A stretch of 64,000 nt of DNA, from the IMG/VR virus record IMGVR_UViG_3300017991_000074; one strand, written 5' to 3'. Below are positions 38,251 through 47,936 of this stretch, piece after piece. This DNA comes from an uncultured virus (IMG/VR IMGVR_UViG_3300017991_000074). Its lineage: Duplodnaviria > Heunggongvirae > Uroviricota > Caudoviricetes. The translations under genes and the position numbers were made by a program. The first letter of the stretch is position 1; every line of letters starts with the position of its first letter. The notes under the pieces are model-generated. The model did no database searches, was not told the DNA's origin, and worked only from the letters and a program-made list of their open reading frames with translations.

Positions 38251-38942
38251 TGGCGGATTGTGTAGACATCGAGGTTCGCAACCGAGAGCTCTGTATTCGG
38301 TTTCCCGGGGGGAGCCGCATCTGCGCATCGCCACCAGGGATTGTAGGTCCGACGGAAGACGAGCTCGCACAGATTTTGATGGCGCAGGTCTCCCCAGCCC
38401 TGGCTCCTCTTCAGCCAATCTTTGATCTCATCGGTGCCTTGGTGGCGGTCAAGGACTTCGCCGAAGCGGTCCCTCAGATTCTGGTCGATCCTTCGGCCCT
38501 GGTGGAAGCCACAGCTGACCTGGTGGAGAAGGTAACTTCTCTTGCCGCGATCCTTCCGCCGTTGAGCGTGCCGGTACTGATCGTCGATCTGATCACGACG
38601 CTGTTGAAGTACCTGGAGGGAACGCTTGCTCAGCTCCAGCTTTTGGTGGAGCAGCAGGAGCGCATCAATGCTGCTCGAGAGACGGCAGTAGAGGAAGAGT
38701 TGTCGGAGCTTCTGGCTGGCGTGGAGTGCGCAGAGCAGCAGCTCGAGGGCTTGCTGGAGAGTCTCCAGGACGGAGCCGGACCAATCAACAATCTGCTCGA
38801 GGTGATCAACGCCGTAGCTTCTCTAGCGGGGCTGCCTGAAATTGCTCCCTTCAGTATCAGCGGTACCATTTCGGAGTCCGTGGAGGCCATCGAGGGGCTG
38901 GTCGAAACTCTGACTGCAGCGAGAGACGCAATTCCGCTATAG
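38250..38942 (+). CDS. hypothetical helical baseplate-region protein
   Basis: coupled to the spike gene. Confidence 0.6.
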   Translation: MADCVDIEVRNRELCIRFPGGSRICASPPGIVGPTEDELAQILMAQVSPALAPLQPIFDLIGALVAVKDFAEAVPQILVDPSALVEATADLVEKVTSLAAILPPLSVPVLIVDLITTLLKYLEGTLAQLQLLVEQQERINAARETAVEEELSELLAGVECAEQQLEGLLESLQDGAGPINNLLEVINAVASLAGLPEIAPFSISGTISESVEAIEGLVETLTAARDAIPL

Positions 38943-38954
38943 TAGAGGGGTACC

Positions 38955-39389
38955 GTGGAAAACCCATCCGGCATCAAGTTTCCTTTTCGCTTCGCAGGCG
39001 CGGGAGGTGTTCGGCTTTCGGAGGGAGCAGAGAAGGTTGCCTCGAATCTTGAGGCGATTGCGAAGACCGCCATCAACGAACGATTGATTCGGAAGAACTC
39101 GGGGACCGTAGGATATACTGCGGTCTTGCGGAATGCCGACGAGATTAGTCGGAGAGCTATTCGGGATTTGGTACGAGAGGCGATCGTTCGACATGAGCCT
39201 CGAGCCTGGCTGAAGAGTTTGACTGTAACGGCAAACGACACCGCGGATGGGCGGGCAGTGTTCATCGAGGAATCTTTGTTTTTCGACCGACGGGTGAGGA
39301 GTCAATTTTCAAGACTCAGATTTCGTAGGTTGAGTGGAGGAATCGATGCCGAGGAAAAGCGCTGCCAGTCGAGAGGATTTGCAGAGTGA
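38955..39389 (+). CDS. gp25/GPW baseplate wedge protein (probable 1 nt frameshift near 39270; repaired stop 39328)
   Basis: GIKFPFRF, ERLIR, EAIVRHEPR. Confidence 0.8.
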   Translation: MENPSGIKFPFRFAGAGGVRLSEGAEKVASNLEAIAKTAINERLIRKNSGTVGYTAVLRNADEISRRAIRDLVREAIVRHEPRAWLKSLTVTANDTADGRAVFIEESLFFDRRVRSQFSRLRFRRLSGGIDAEEKRCQSRGFAE

Positions 39390-39531
39390 GCTTGAGCGAG
39401 GGATCAAGTCGCAGAGTCCGGGCCCGGTGAAGAAGCCTTCAATATACGATGACGGTCTCCACGACAATCAAACGTCGGGGGAAGGCATCTTGATTCGTCG
39501 TGCGCCAAAGACTGGCGGGCGACGGAGGTAA
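39346..39531 (+). CDS. hypothetical protein
   Basis: GGAGG before ATG 39346. Confidence 0.55.
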   Translation: MPRKSAASREDLQSELERGIKSQSPGPVKKPSIYDDGLHDNQTSGEGILIRRAPKTGGRRR

Positions 39532-39534
39532 AAC

Positions 39535-41301
39535 ATGGCGACTCCGACCATCACGACCCTGTCTGGGGATGTTGTTGCTGTCGATCTTGGGACTCGTGAC
39601 TTCGAGGGATTCCGGGCTGACGCACTAGAGCTGGCGGACGTGGTAGCGCCGGATTGGACGGATCGGTCTGAATCGGATGTCGGTGTCACGTTGGTGGAGT
39701 CTCAAGCCTTCATGTCCGACAACTTGTCGTTCTATCAGGATCGTTGCGCGAATGAGTGCTTGTGGCCGAGCATCACACAGCGACGCTCGATCATTCAACA
39801 GTCTAAGCAGATCGGTTACGAGCTTTCTCCAAATGTCAGCGCGCAGGTCGAGCTCACAGTCGTGGCCAATGCAGCTGGGACGGTACCGGCTGGAACGCAG
39901 ATTGATGTTGACACCTCGGATGGAAGTGACCCAGCTACCTTCGAGCTGGAGAACGATTTCGTTGCGGCTGGAGCAGGAACCACGACGGGAGTCATCGCTC
40001 TTCACGGAACCACGATCTCCGAAACCATCGGCTCGAGCGACGGGACGGCGGCACAGAAGTTCTCCTTGAGCTCTACGCCTCTGGCCACGAAGCCGTCGGG
40101 GTCCTCCAGCCTCGAGGTATATGTGGCAGAGGGTGGGCCTCCGATTCTGTGGGCCGAGGTGGACAATTTCCTGCAGTCCGGAGCAACTGACACGCACTAC
40201 CGGATCGAGATCGACGAAACCGATCTGGTGACAGTGATCTTCGGTGACGGCGTGAACGGAAAGATTCCGGGCTCCGGTACGAATAACGTCACCGCTACGT
40301 ATCGGGTGGGCGGTGGTAGGTCGGGGAATCGAGTTGGACCGAATCGATTGACGAAGCTGAACGGAAACTATCCGTTCGTGGATTCGGTGACGAACCCGGA
40401 GCAGCCTTCTGGGGGCCGAGACAAGGAGAGCATCGACGAGGCGAAAGGCCAGGGCCCCGCTACGCTCAAAGCGATGGATCGTGGCGTTAATCATCTGGAC
40501 TATGCTGCCCTGGCGAAAGAGGTGTCCGGTGTTGCCCAGGCAAATGCGTATAACGGAAGGGGTGCTTACGAGGAAGTCGTAGTCATTGCGGCTTCTGGAA
40601 GTAACCCGGTTCCGACGGGAAGTTGGAACCCTTGGACCGAGAGTGGTACGGGACTTCTCGGTGCGGTTGGGGACTACCTCAATGAACGAAAGACCACTCC
40701 GGTCATTTTGCTCATCCGAGCGTGCGAGGTGTTCGAGTTTTACCTGGACATCACGGTCTACTTGTTCGATTCGATTCGCCGTTCGGCAGCACAGCGCGCG
40801 ATCGAGGATGCGATCGAAGAAGCCTTCGATGTGGAGGCCCTGCTTCTTGGGCAGCAGATTCCTCTGTCGAAATTGAGTGATGTTGTTGAGGATGTGGCGG
40901 GCGTAGATTACGTCGACACGAATCGATTTCAGCGTCAACCCTATGCTCGTTTGTACACGGAAGCCTCGGTTTCCGATCTCACCTTTGCAAGCATTACCGT
41001 AGGAGCGGCTACGGTTCGAGATAGGTGGAGAATACGGTTCACTTCAGCTACTCAGTTCGTGGTTGATGGTGTGGATTCGAGCGGCCTGCAGTCCGGAACA
41101 GGGGTGATTGGGACGCCCTATACCACGGACGATGGAGGCTTGGAGTTCACCGCGACGGCCGGCATCACGCCACCCAGTGTAGATGATACCTGGGAGATTA
41201 TGGCTGGGCCGCATGTGGGGAACATGGACCCGGATGGGGACGAGCTCGGGAAGCTGTATGGGAACACATATCTTATGACACTGATGGGGGGACTCGGATA
41301 G
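39535..41301 (+). CDS. baseplate J / wedge protein
   Basis: RDFEG, PDWTDRSESDVGVTLVE, LSFYQDR, FGDGVNGKIP, GGRDKES. Confidence 0.9.
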   Translation: MATPTITTLSGDVVAVDLGTRDFEGFRADALELADVVAPDWTDRSESDVGVTLVESQAFMSDNLSFYQDRCANECLWPSITQRRSIIQQSKQIGYELSPNVSAQVELTVVANAAGTVPAGTQIDVDTSDGSDPATFELENDFVAAGAGTTTGVIALHGTTISETIGSSDGTAAQKFSLSSTPLATKPSGSSSLEVYVAEGGPPILWAEVDNFLQSGATDTHYRIEIDETDLVTVIFGDGVNGKIPGSGTNNVTATYRVGGGRSGNRVGPNRLTKLNGNYPFVDSVTNPEQPSGGRDKESIDEAKGQGPATLKAMDRGVNHLDYAALAKEVSGVAQANAYNGRGAYEEVVVIAASGSNPVPTGSWNPWTESGTGLLGAVGDYLNERKTTPVILLIRACEVFEFYLDITVYLFDSIRRSAAQRAIEDAIEEAFDVEALLLGQQIPLSKLSDVVEDVAGVDYVDTNRFQRQPYARLYTEASVSDLTFASITVGAATVRDRWRIRFTSATQFVVDGVDSSGLQSGTGVIGTPYTTDDGGLEFTATAGITPPSVDDTWEIMAGPHVGNMDPDGDELGKLYGNTYLMTLMGGLG

Positions 41302-41308
41302 GAGAGCA

Positions 41309-41968
41309 ATGGGACCTCGTGAGCCGAAACGCAGCACTCGACCTCCGGGAAATCAGGCAGAGCTTTTCGACTCCGTTGCTCGGATTGAGGAACGAGTTAC
41401 GACCATTTGCGACGACCTGATTCCGCCAGTAGCCAGGGCTGCTGGGGAGGCGCGCGACCGGGCTATTTTGCTTACCGAGAGACAGGCGGCTACGACTGAG
41501 AGGGTGGAGAAGCTCGAGGGAGTGCCCGCCGTCTCCCAGCCCTGCACTATGGTGAAGGAGCATGCCGAAAGACTTTCGGCATCGGAGCGGGACGTAGCAG
41601 GTCTGTCACGATGGCGATGGTTTCTGATGTCCGCTGTGGTAATCGTGATAACGGGCGCAATTGCATGGTCGGCTGATTCGGCTACGGAGATGGCTACCGT
41701 GCAGGCCAGCAGTCGCGAGTCAGCCGAGAAGCTCAAAACCCATGCTTCGCAGTTGAAGTCTCTTGAGGCTCAGAGGCGTCGGGACATTGAGGTGGTTGTT
41801 CGGACTCTTGAGAATGTTCCAACGCAAGTCAAACAGGCCATTCCGGAGCCAGACATCGACGATGCTCTTGATGAGCTCCTGTTGACGACTCACGAAGATC
41901 GCGTGATTCGGGAGATCATTCAACGAGGGCAAAGGCGAAAGAATGGCGATCATGGCAAGAGTAGATGA
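41309..41968 (+). CDS. single-pass membrane coiled-coil protein
   Basis: WRWFLMSAVVIVITGAIAW segment flanked by coiled coils. Confidence 0.6.
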   Translation: MGPREPKRSTRPPGNQAELFDSVARIEERVTTICDDLIPPVARAAGEARDRAILLTERQAATTERVEKLEGVPAVSQPCTMVKEHAERLSASERDVAGLSRWRWFLMSAVVIVITGAIAWSADSATEMATVQASSRESAEKLKTHASQLKSLEAQRRRDIEVVVRTLENVPTQVKQAIPEPDIDDALDELLLTTHEDRVIREIIQRGQRRKNGDHGKSR

Positions 41969-42477
41969 GACCTTCGCCAGTAACCGATGGGAGATCGCAT
42001 GATGCAGTTGCGACCCTGACTGCACATGACCATCATCCAGCACCAGCTGGAGTTTCCTTCAGTAATACAACGCAGAGCCTTCCTCCAGGCACAGCGTTCG
42101 ATCTCGACATCCCCCTTCCGCGTTCTGGGTATCGGCTGGCGAGAGTTTATCTCGAGGGACCTGTTCTTTCCGGAGGCGTCAGCGCGTTGTTTCGAGAGTG
42201 CGCCAAGGTGCATGTGACAACGGATACGGCCGATGCACTAGGAGACTCGGTGCGTAACACCGGCTTAGCATACAAATCGTATGCGGTGAGCTATGCGAAG
42301 CAGGCTGGAGCGACGAACCTGACTCACAAGCTTTTCGATACGGCGACCGGTGCCAGTGCTCGCTACATCGCGCTGAAGGACGCCGTGATCACCGGCTCGA
42401 CTCTGCGATTGACGTTCCACAATTACTACGGCGGCTCTGCCACGTTGAGTGTGAAGGGACAGGCGGTGTTGTCATGA
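41965..42477 (+). CDS. putative virion protein, paralog 1 of 3
   Basis: shares motifs with the next two ORFs. Confidence 0.65.
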   Translation: MRPSPVTDGRSHDAVATLTAHDHHPAPAGVSFSNTTQSLPPGTAFDLDIPLPRSGYRLARVYLEGPVLSGGVSALFRECAKVHVTTDTADALGDSVRNTGLAYKSYAVSYAKQAGATNLTHKLFDTATGASARYIALKDAVITGSTLRLTFHNYYGGSATLSVKGQAVLS

Positions 42478-42953
42478 GACCTCCTGGGATTGTGGTGACT
42501 GACCATGACCTGCTTGTCGACGTAGGAGAAGAGGATCACCACGTTACGGTTGCGCCGTGGAAGACCACGATCAACGCACTCTCGATCGCGCCGGGTCAGT
42601 ACTCTCACAACATCGCGTTGGGTAAGTCCGGCTGTAGGACTGTCCAGGGGATTCTGCGCGGTCATCTTTCGGTCGATATCCAGGGGCACACTGGCGTGTT
42701 TGTCCTGGCGACAGACACGGCTCAGCAGTCAAGCGCGATTGGGATCAGGCCCTACCCCAGCGGGACGCAGAGCTATGTCGGCGGCTACTCCAGGTTGCAT
42801 GGAGATTCCTACCTCAGTCACCGAGACTTCGGGAGCTACGTCTACCTGGTCGACGCCTACATCAGCGGGTCGAATCTGGTTCTGTCTTTTTTCAATACCC
42901 ATGCGACGCTCAGCAAAAACCTGACCGTCTTCGGCAGCGGGATTTGCAAGTGA
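42474..42953 (+). CDS. putative virion protein, paralog 2 of 3
   Basis: ATGA coupled; YS...LSH..F motif. Confidence 0.65.
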   Translation: MRPPGIVVTDHDLLVDVGEEDHHVTVAPWKTTINALSIAPGQYSHNIALGKSGCRTVQGILRGHLSVDIQGHTGVFVLATDTAQQSSAIGIRPYPSGTQSYVGGYSRLHGDSYLSHRDFGSYVYLVDAYISGSNLVLSFFNTHATLSKNLTVFGSGICK

Positions 42954-43471
42954 GACTTCAGAGTCACCTTGAGCATCCAACCGTGCATGCCGCGCTCACG
43001 AACGTGCTTCATGGGCAACATCACAGCCGGCCGGACGGTTTGTCGTTTTCTGATAATAGCTTGACGGTCTATCCGCAGCCATTCGGGCCGAATGCTCTGG
43101 ACATCACGGTTCCGTATGAGACGAAAGCGGCGGTTGTCTCGCTTCGGTCTCCACACGTTACAGAGATGGCTGGCGGAGTAGCTGGGGCAGTCTTGATTGT
43201 GACTCGGCTGAGCACCGAAGCGACAGGCATGAGTCTCGGAGGGCACGGTGTTTTGGCGACCGGTTCTTACAACGCGATTTACTCGAAGGCAGCCAGCGCG
43301 ATCAACCTGACCCACAAGGTTTTTTCTTCGGCGGGAGGCCATATTTCTCTGACCGACATACTGCTGTATGCTACTGGAGCGTCGACGCGAGTGCTTCGTA
43401 TGTGGTGGACCAACTACGATCCCGCAATCAAAACGCTGGATGTCATTGGAGAGGCCGCGCTGTACGCATGA
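42950..43471 (+). CDS. putative virion protein, paralog 3 of 3
   Basis: GTGA coupled; YSKAASAINLTHKVF versus YAKQAGATNLTHKLF in paralog 1. Confidence 0.65.
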   Translation: MRLQSHLEHPTVHAALTNVLHGQHHSRPDGLSFSDNSLTVYPQPFGPNALDITVPYETKAAVVSLRSPHVTEMAGGVAGAVLIVTRLSTEATGMSLGGHGVLATGSYNAIYSKAASAINLTHKVFSSAGGHISLTDILLYATGASTRVLRMWWTNYDPAIKTLDVIGEAALYA

Positions 43472-44835
43472 CGCGATCGAGCTACAGCCAGAAGGTCGAA
43501 GATCAGTTCTGTGAGCCTAAGGAGTGGTTCCAGAAGTTGGACGACAAGCTGAGCCGGAGAAAGAAGCCGATGCGAGTCTTGGCCATTTGCTACGAGGACC
43601 CGGCTGACATCCTTGGTGGGATGGGGCGTCACGTTCGGGAGCTCTATCGCACGCTGGCAGCCAGAGGTGTGCAGGTAGATTTGCTCACACAAGGCAGGCC
43701 AGAGGGCTCGGAGGAGTATCTTGGGTTCACCCGGCACTTCGACGACAAGCTAGTCTGTGCCAAGCCGACGAAGCCGGACTTTGCCTGCCATCTGCTCGCG
43801 GATATCCAGATGGCCAAGACACTGACGAGGCTGATTGCTGAGAAGGGTGCGCGGCACTGGGATGTCATTCACCAGCACGAGTGGACCTCGGTGCAGCTGG
43901 CGAGGATGGCTCGCGATGCTCTGAACATTCCGGTAGTCGGCACTATGCACTTGTGTATTTCTAGGCTTGCCATGCTCGAAGATCCGACGACGAATCCAGC
44001 GGATTGGGGTGAGGCGGACCGCTACATGTTCCAGCAGGAAGGCAACTTGATCTGTGACCCGGATGAGCTGATCCTTTGCTCGCAAGCATATGTCGACATG
44101 GCGCGGTCTCACTTTATGGCCAAGCGCCAAATCAACATGATCCCAAATGGGATTGATCTCGAGAAATGGAATCCGGCTGCCGGCGATGGAGGTCGTGCAC
44201 GGTTTGATCACGGACTCGATTTCGCCTCAGGTGTTCCGATGACGCCGAGGCCGATGGCTCTGTACGTGGGCCGTATCGCATTGATGAAGGGCATTGAATA
44301 TTTGCTTGATGCGCTCGAAGCATGCGATCCTGGTTGGCAGGTTGTGCTTGCTGGAGAGGTCAACGCGAACGATGAGGAGTCGAAAGAGGATTGGGTCGTC
44401 ACGAAGCGAATCAGGGCGCTCGAGAAGGCGCATCCGGAGCGGCTTCGCTGGGTTGGCTTTCAGCGTGGGCAGGCTCTGCGGGATCTGTATGCAGGGGCTG
44501 GCTGTGTGGTTATGCCGTCGACTCACGAGCCGTTCGGGATCGTTGCGCTAGAGGCGATGGCGATGGGTGCTCCACTCATCGCTACCGAGGTCGACGGGCT
44601 TGGAGAGATTGTCATGGATGATCATCAGGAGTATGCGATGATCATTCCGTCGAGGAACCCGGACGCAATTCTGGCGGCTTTGCGAGAGTTGCACCGCTCA
44701 GAGATTCGCGAGGAGCTGCGCTACCTGGGCATGCGGCGGGCGAGAAACTACAGCTGGGAGGCCGTTGCGGATGCCACCACGGAAGTATACGGGCGAGCGG
44801 TCGGTAATCGACATCGCAGCCTCTGCTCGGTTTGA
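43468..44835 (+). CDS. GT-B glycosyltransferase, family 4
   Basis: GGMGRHV, IHQHEW, IPNGID, YVGRIALMKG, PSTHEPFGIVALEAMAMG. Confidence 0.92.
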   Translation: MTRSSYSQKVEDQFCEPKEWFQKLDDKLSRRKKPMRVLAICYEDPADILGGMGRHVRELYRTLAARGVQVDLLTQGRPEGSEEYLGFTRHFDDKLVCAKPTKPDFACHLLADIQMAKTLTRLIAEKGARHWDVIHQHEWTSVQLARMARDALNIPVVGTMHLCISRLAMLEDPTTNPADWGEADRYMFQQEGNLICDPDELILCSQAYVDMARSHFMAKRQINMIPNGIDLEKWNPAAGDGGRARFDHGLDFASGVPMTPRPMALYVGRIALMKGIEYLLDALEACDPGWQVVLAGEVNANDEESKEDWVVTKRIRALEKAHPERLRWVGFQRGQALRDLYAGAGCVVMPSTHEPFGIVALEAMAMGAPLIATEVDGLGEIVMDDHQEYAMIIPSRNPDAILAALRELHRSEIREELRYLGMRRARNYSWEAVADATTEVYGRAVGNRHRSLCSV

Positions 44836-44848
44836 AAAGGAAACGACC

Positions 44849-45613
44849 ATGGCACCGAAGATCAAGCTTCCGGCTCCCATTCCGCCACCAAGCGCGATCG
44901 ACTACCTGAAGGTAGTCGGGTTCAAGTGGGAGGAGAATGTCGAGGAGTGGGTCGACATTTGGGTCTCCAAGGGAACACATCCGTCATACGCTTCTTGCCG
45001 CGTGAACGTTGACGCTGGGACCTATCCAGCCGGAAGCCTGATCGCCCATGTCAACGGAGAGCCAGATGATCGGTTCATCAACACGGTGGCTGTCGTGGCG
45101 ACATCGGCTGGCGAGAACGTGGACGGCGTGTTGTTCAGGTCTGAGAGTGGGTTGACTGTGGAAGCACCGAACAATCAGCTGACCCAAATTGCCGAAGCGG
45201 TGTCCGGCTGGAACTCGATCACAAACTCCCCTCCAGGTGGGGGCGGAGCTGCAACGACGCAGTGGGAGGAGTGGACGAATCCCGAGACGGGACAGATTAC
45301 TGAGCCGCTGTACTTTCGGATCGAAAACGGGGTGCACCCGAAGGTGCCAGGAATGAGCCTGAGGTACTGCCCAAACTGCGACAAATGGTTTACGACAGAG
45401 GCAGTCTGCGATGAGGGTGCGTGCTCGTCAGAGCCGACGCTGCCATACCCTGGCTACACCACCTTGTTCGAGAGTAGCGTGGTTGCAGGATACAGCGGGG
45501 TAAGGATCTTTGAGGTGTTCTCGAACTTTTTGCTGGATGAGGAGGTCCCCGATCCTTATGGGTCCTTCCCGACATACAGCCAGGCGCCGCTCATCAGCGG
45601 AACGCTGGAGTAG
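44849..45613 (+). CDS. hypothetical protein (possible virion component)
   Basis: AAGGA before ATG 44849; CPNC...C...C. Confidence 0.55.
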   Translation: MAPKIKLPAPIPPPSAIDYLKVVGFKWEENVEEWVDIWVSKGTHPSYASCRVNVDAGTYPAGSLIAHVNGEPDDRFINTVAVVATSAGENVDGVLFRSESGLTVEAPNNQLTQIAEAVSGWNSITNSPPGGGGAATTQWEEWTNPETGQITEPLYFRIENGVHPKVPGMSLRYCPNCDKWFTTEAVCDEGACSSEPTLPYPGYTTLFESSVVAGYSGVRIFEVFSNFLLDEEVPDPYGSFPTYSQAPLISGTLE

Positions 45614-45615
45614 TC

Positions 45616-47406
45616 ATGTCGACACGGATTATCGCTGGCGACACTGAGCCCATCGAGGTCACCATGCTTGATGGGAGCCTTTCGGAGCTGACCGGGCTCA
45701 GCACCGTGTTGCTTTCCATACGCCGTACGTCGGATGATTTTTGGTACGACTTCAACGACAAGACCTTCAAGAATTCTCTCTGGACAACGCGCCAGCAAGT
45801 GATGTCGGAAGTTGACGCAACGAATGATCCCGGGGTGTATGCCTGGGATTTCGATACCTCACTGATCACGAACGCGACCGCCGATGACACCTACATGCTT
45901 CGCATTGACGAGGCGACTGTTGCGGCGAACGTTCCGTTGCATGATGAGATACATGTCGATCAATGGGTGCAAGATCTCTTCGACGAGCACGGCGCAACGC
46001 AGACAGATGTGGCTGGCGTTCAGTCTGATACCGACAACATCCAGACTCGTTTGCCGGCCGCATTGGTCAGCGGACGGATGGATAGCTCGGTTGGTGCGAT
46101 GGCGGCGGGAGTTGTGACGGCCGCAGCTATTGCGACAGATGCCGTTGATGCCGATGCCTTGGCTGCTGACGCGGTAGCCGAGATTCAAAGCGGACTTGCA
46201 ACAGCCGCAGCTCTGTCGACGGTCGAAACGAATCTGCTTGCACAGCACACAGCAACGCAGGCGGCCATCGCTGCGCTCAATGACTTGTCGATGGCCAATG
46301 TTCAGACTGCGCTGGACAACCAGGGATACACCGCGGTTCGGGCAGCGCTGCTGGATAATCTCTCGGACCTCGATGCCTCGATCACTTCGGTTCTGAGCGC
46401 CATCACGGCACTCAACGATTTGAGCTCGGCTGATGTGCAGGCCGCGATGACGGCTCAGGGCTACTCGACGGTCAGGGCCGCTTTGCTGGACAATCTCGAT
46501 GCAGCGGTGTCCGCGGTCATTTCGGCTGTGGCGGCACTCAACGATCTGAGCTCGGCGGACGTCCAGGCTGCGATGACTTCTCAGGGCTACACCGTTGCTC
46601 GAGCTCCGGGACTGGACAATCTGGACGCCGCGGTTTCCTCGAGGTCGAGCCATGATGCGGCCGACGTCGATACCCAGCTCTCTGGAGTGCATGGTGCTGG
46701 GAGCTGGGAGACGGCGACAGGCTTCGCCTCTCCAGGAGATGCGATGGACCTGATCGCGGGAGCTGTCGACGCAGCCGCCATTGCGACAGACGCCATCGAC
46801 GCAGATGCCTTGGCTGCTGACGCGGTGGCAGAGATCCAGAGCGGACTTGCGACGGGCGCAGCGCTCTCCTCAGTCGAAACGAATTTGTTGGCGCAGCACA
46901 CAGCAACACAGACTGACATTGCAGCGCTCAATGACTTGAGTTCGGCCGATATCCAGGCCGCGCTTACGGCGCAGGGCTACACGCCGGTCAGGGCGGCCCT
47001 GCTTGATTTCTTGGATGCGGCGATCAGTGGAATTCCGGCTGCGGTAGATGTCGATTTGACGTCGGCTCACGGTGTTGGATCGTGGCAGTCGGGGGATGCG
47101 GCAGTCGCCGGAATTTTGGTGGCTCTGGATGAGTCGACTTCGATCATGTACTTCGAGGTGTGGCTTGAGCGCAATGCGATGCCGGTTGCTGACGGCGACC
47201 TGGTGTCGTGTTCGGTTGAGGTATACGACAAGGACGGAACGTTGCTCTTCACAGTGACGAGTTCGACTCCCGACGGGAATGGACGGTTCAGCATCGAACG
47301 CTCGAGCGTGACGCTTACGGCGGATCGACCCTACGTCATGAACGTCACGGTTACCGATACAACTGGGGCGGTTACGAGCATCCATTCTTTCGCCGCGGTA
47401 AGCTGA
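45616..47406 (+). CDS. Ala-rich repeat fibre-like virion protein
   Basis: internal repeats (ALNDLS...VQAA..AQGY..VRAALLD) between beta-rich terminal domains. Confidence 0.7.
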   Translation: MSTRIIAGDTEPIEVTMLDGSLSELTGLSTVLLSIRRTSDDFWYDFNDKTFKNSLWTTRQQVMSEVDATNDPGVYAWDFDTSLITNATADDTYMLRIDEATVAANVPLHDEIHVDQWVQDLFDEHGATQTDVAGVQSDTDNIQTRLPAALVSGRMDSSVGAMAAGVVTAAAIATDAVDADALAADAVAEIQSGLATAAALSTVETNLLAQHTATQAAIAALNDLSMANVQTALDNQGYTAVRAALLDNLSDLDASITSVLSAITALNDLSSADVQAAMTAQGYSTVRAALLDNLDAAVSAVISAVAALNDLSSADVQAAMTSQGYTVARAPGLDNLDAAVSSRSSHDAADVDTQLSGVHGAGSWETATGFASPGDAMDLIAGAVDAAAIATDAIDADALAADAVAEIQSGLATGAALSSVETNLLAQHTATQTDIAALNDLSSADIQAALTAQGYTPVRAALLDFLDAAISGIPAAVDVDLTSAHGVGSWQSGDAAVAGILVALDESTSIMYFEVWLERNAMPVADGDLVSCSVEVYDKDGTLLFTVTSSTPDGNGRFSIERSSVTLTADRPYVMNVTVTDTTGAVTSIHSFAAVS

Positions 47407-47927
47407 TGGCGTCGATCATTCAAAAAGGGGCTCGAGTTCAAACGCTGGCGAACGTGAATCAGACTCCGGCTCCAATCGTGTCCTGTGATCTTGAGATATC
47501 TGTCGAATCCGAGCCTCTTGAAGTAGAGTTGCTTGGTACTTTGGAAATCTTCTTCGAGTGTGCAACGGGGGATTTCGTGGCAACAGCAACAGAGCAATTT
47601 TCGATCAAGAGGCATGATCGTCGGCCGGTTCTTCGTGTTCTGATCAAGGATGCGGAAACGGGTTTGGCTTTTGATCTGTCTGGAGTGTCTTCTGCCAAGT
47701 TTCTTATGGCGGACAGAGATGGTACGGTGGTGGTGGATCAGGCCGCAGCTGTAGAGGCGCCAGCTACGGACGGAGTTCTTCGGTACGACTGGCAAGCCGG
47801 AGACACTGGGACTGCCGGAGTGTATCGAGGGGAATTTGAGATGGACTTTGGTGGGGGAGACAAGCTCACGGTTCCGAATCAGGGCTTCATCTCCATCAGG
47901 GTCTACGAGGACCTCGACGACGCGTAG
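47406..47927 (+). CDS. BppU-like / fibre-associated protein
   Basis: IKRHDRRP...DLSG...GVLRYDWQAGDT...YRGEFE...TVP. Confidence 0.65.
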   Translation: MASIIQKGARVQTLANVNQTPAPIVSCDLEISVESEPLEVELLGTLEIFFECATGDFVATATEQFSIKRHDRRPVLRVLIKDAETGLAFDLSGVSSAKFLMADRDGTVVVDQAAAVEAPATDGVLRYDWQAGDTGTAGVYRGEFEMDFGGGDKLTVPNQGFISIRVYEDLDDA

Positions 47928-47936
47928 GAGGCGGGC

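Noticed and set aside
46100..47000. Repeats as a CRISPR array or DGR template/variable pair
   Set aside because: They are in-frame coding repeats differing mostly at synonymous sites, not adenine-specifically; no reverse transcriptase or cas genes
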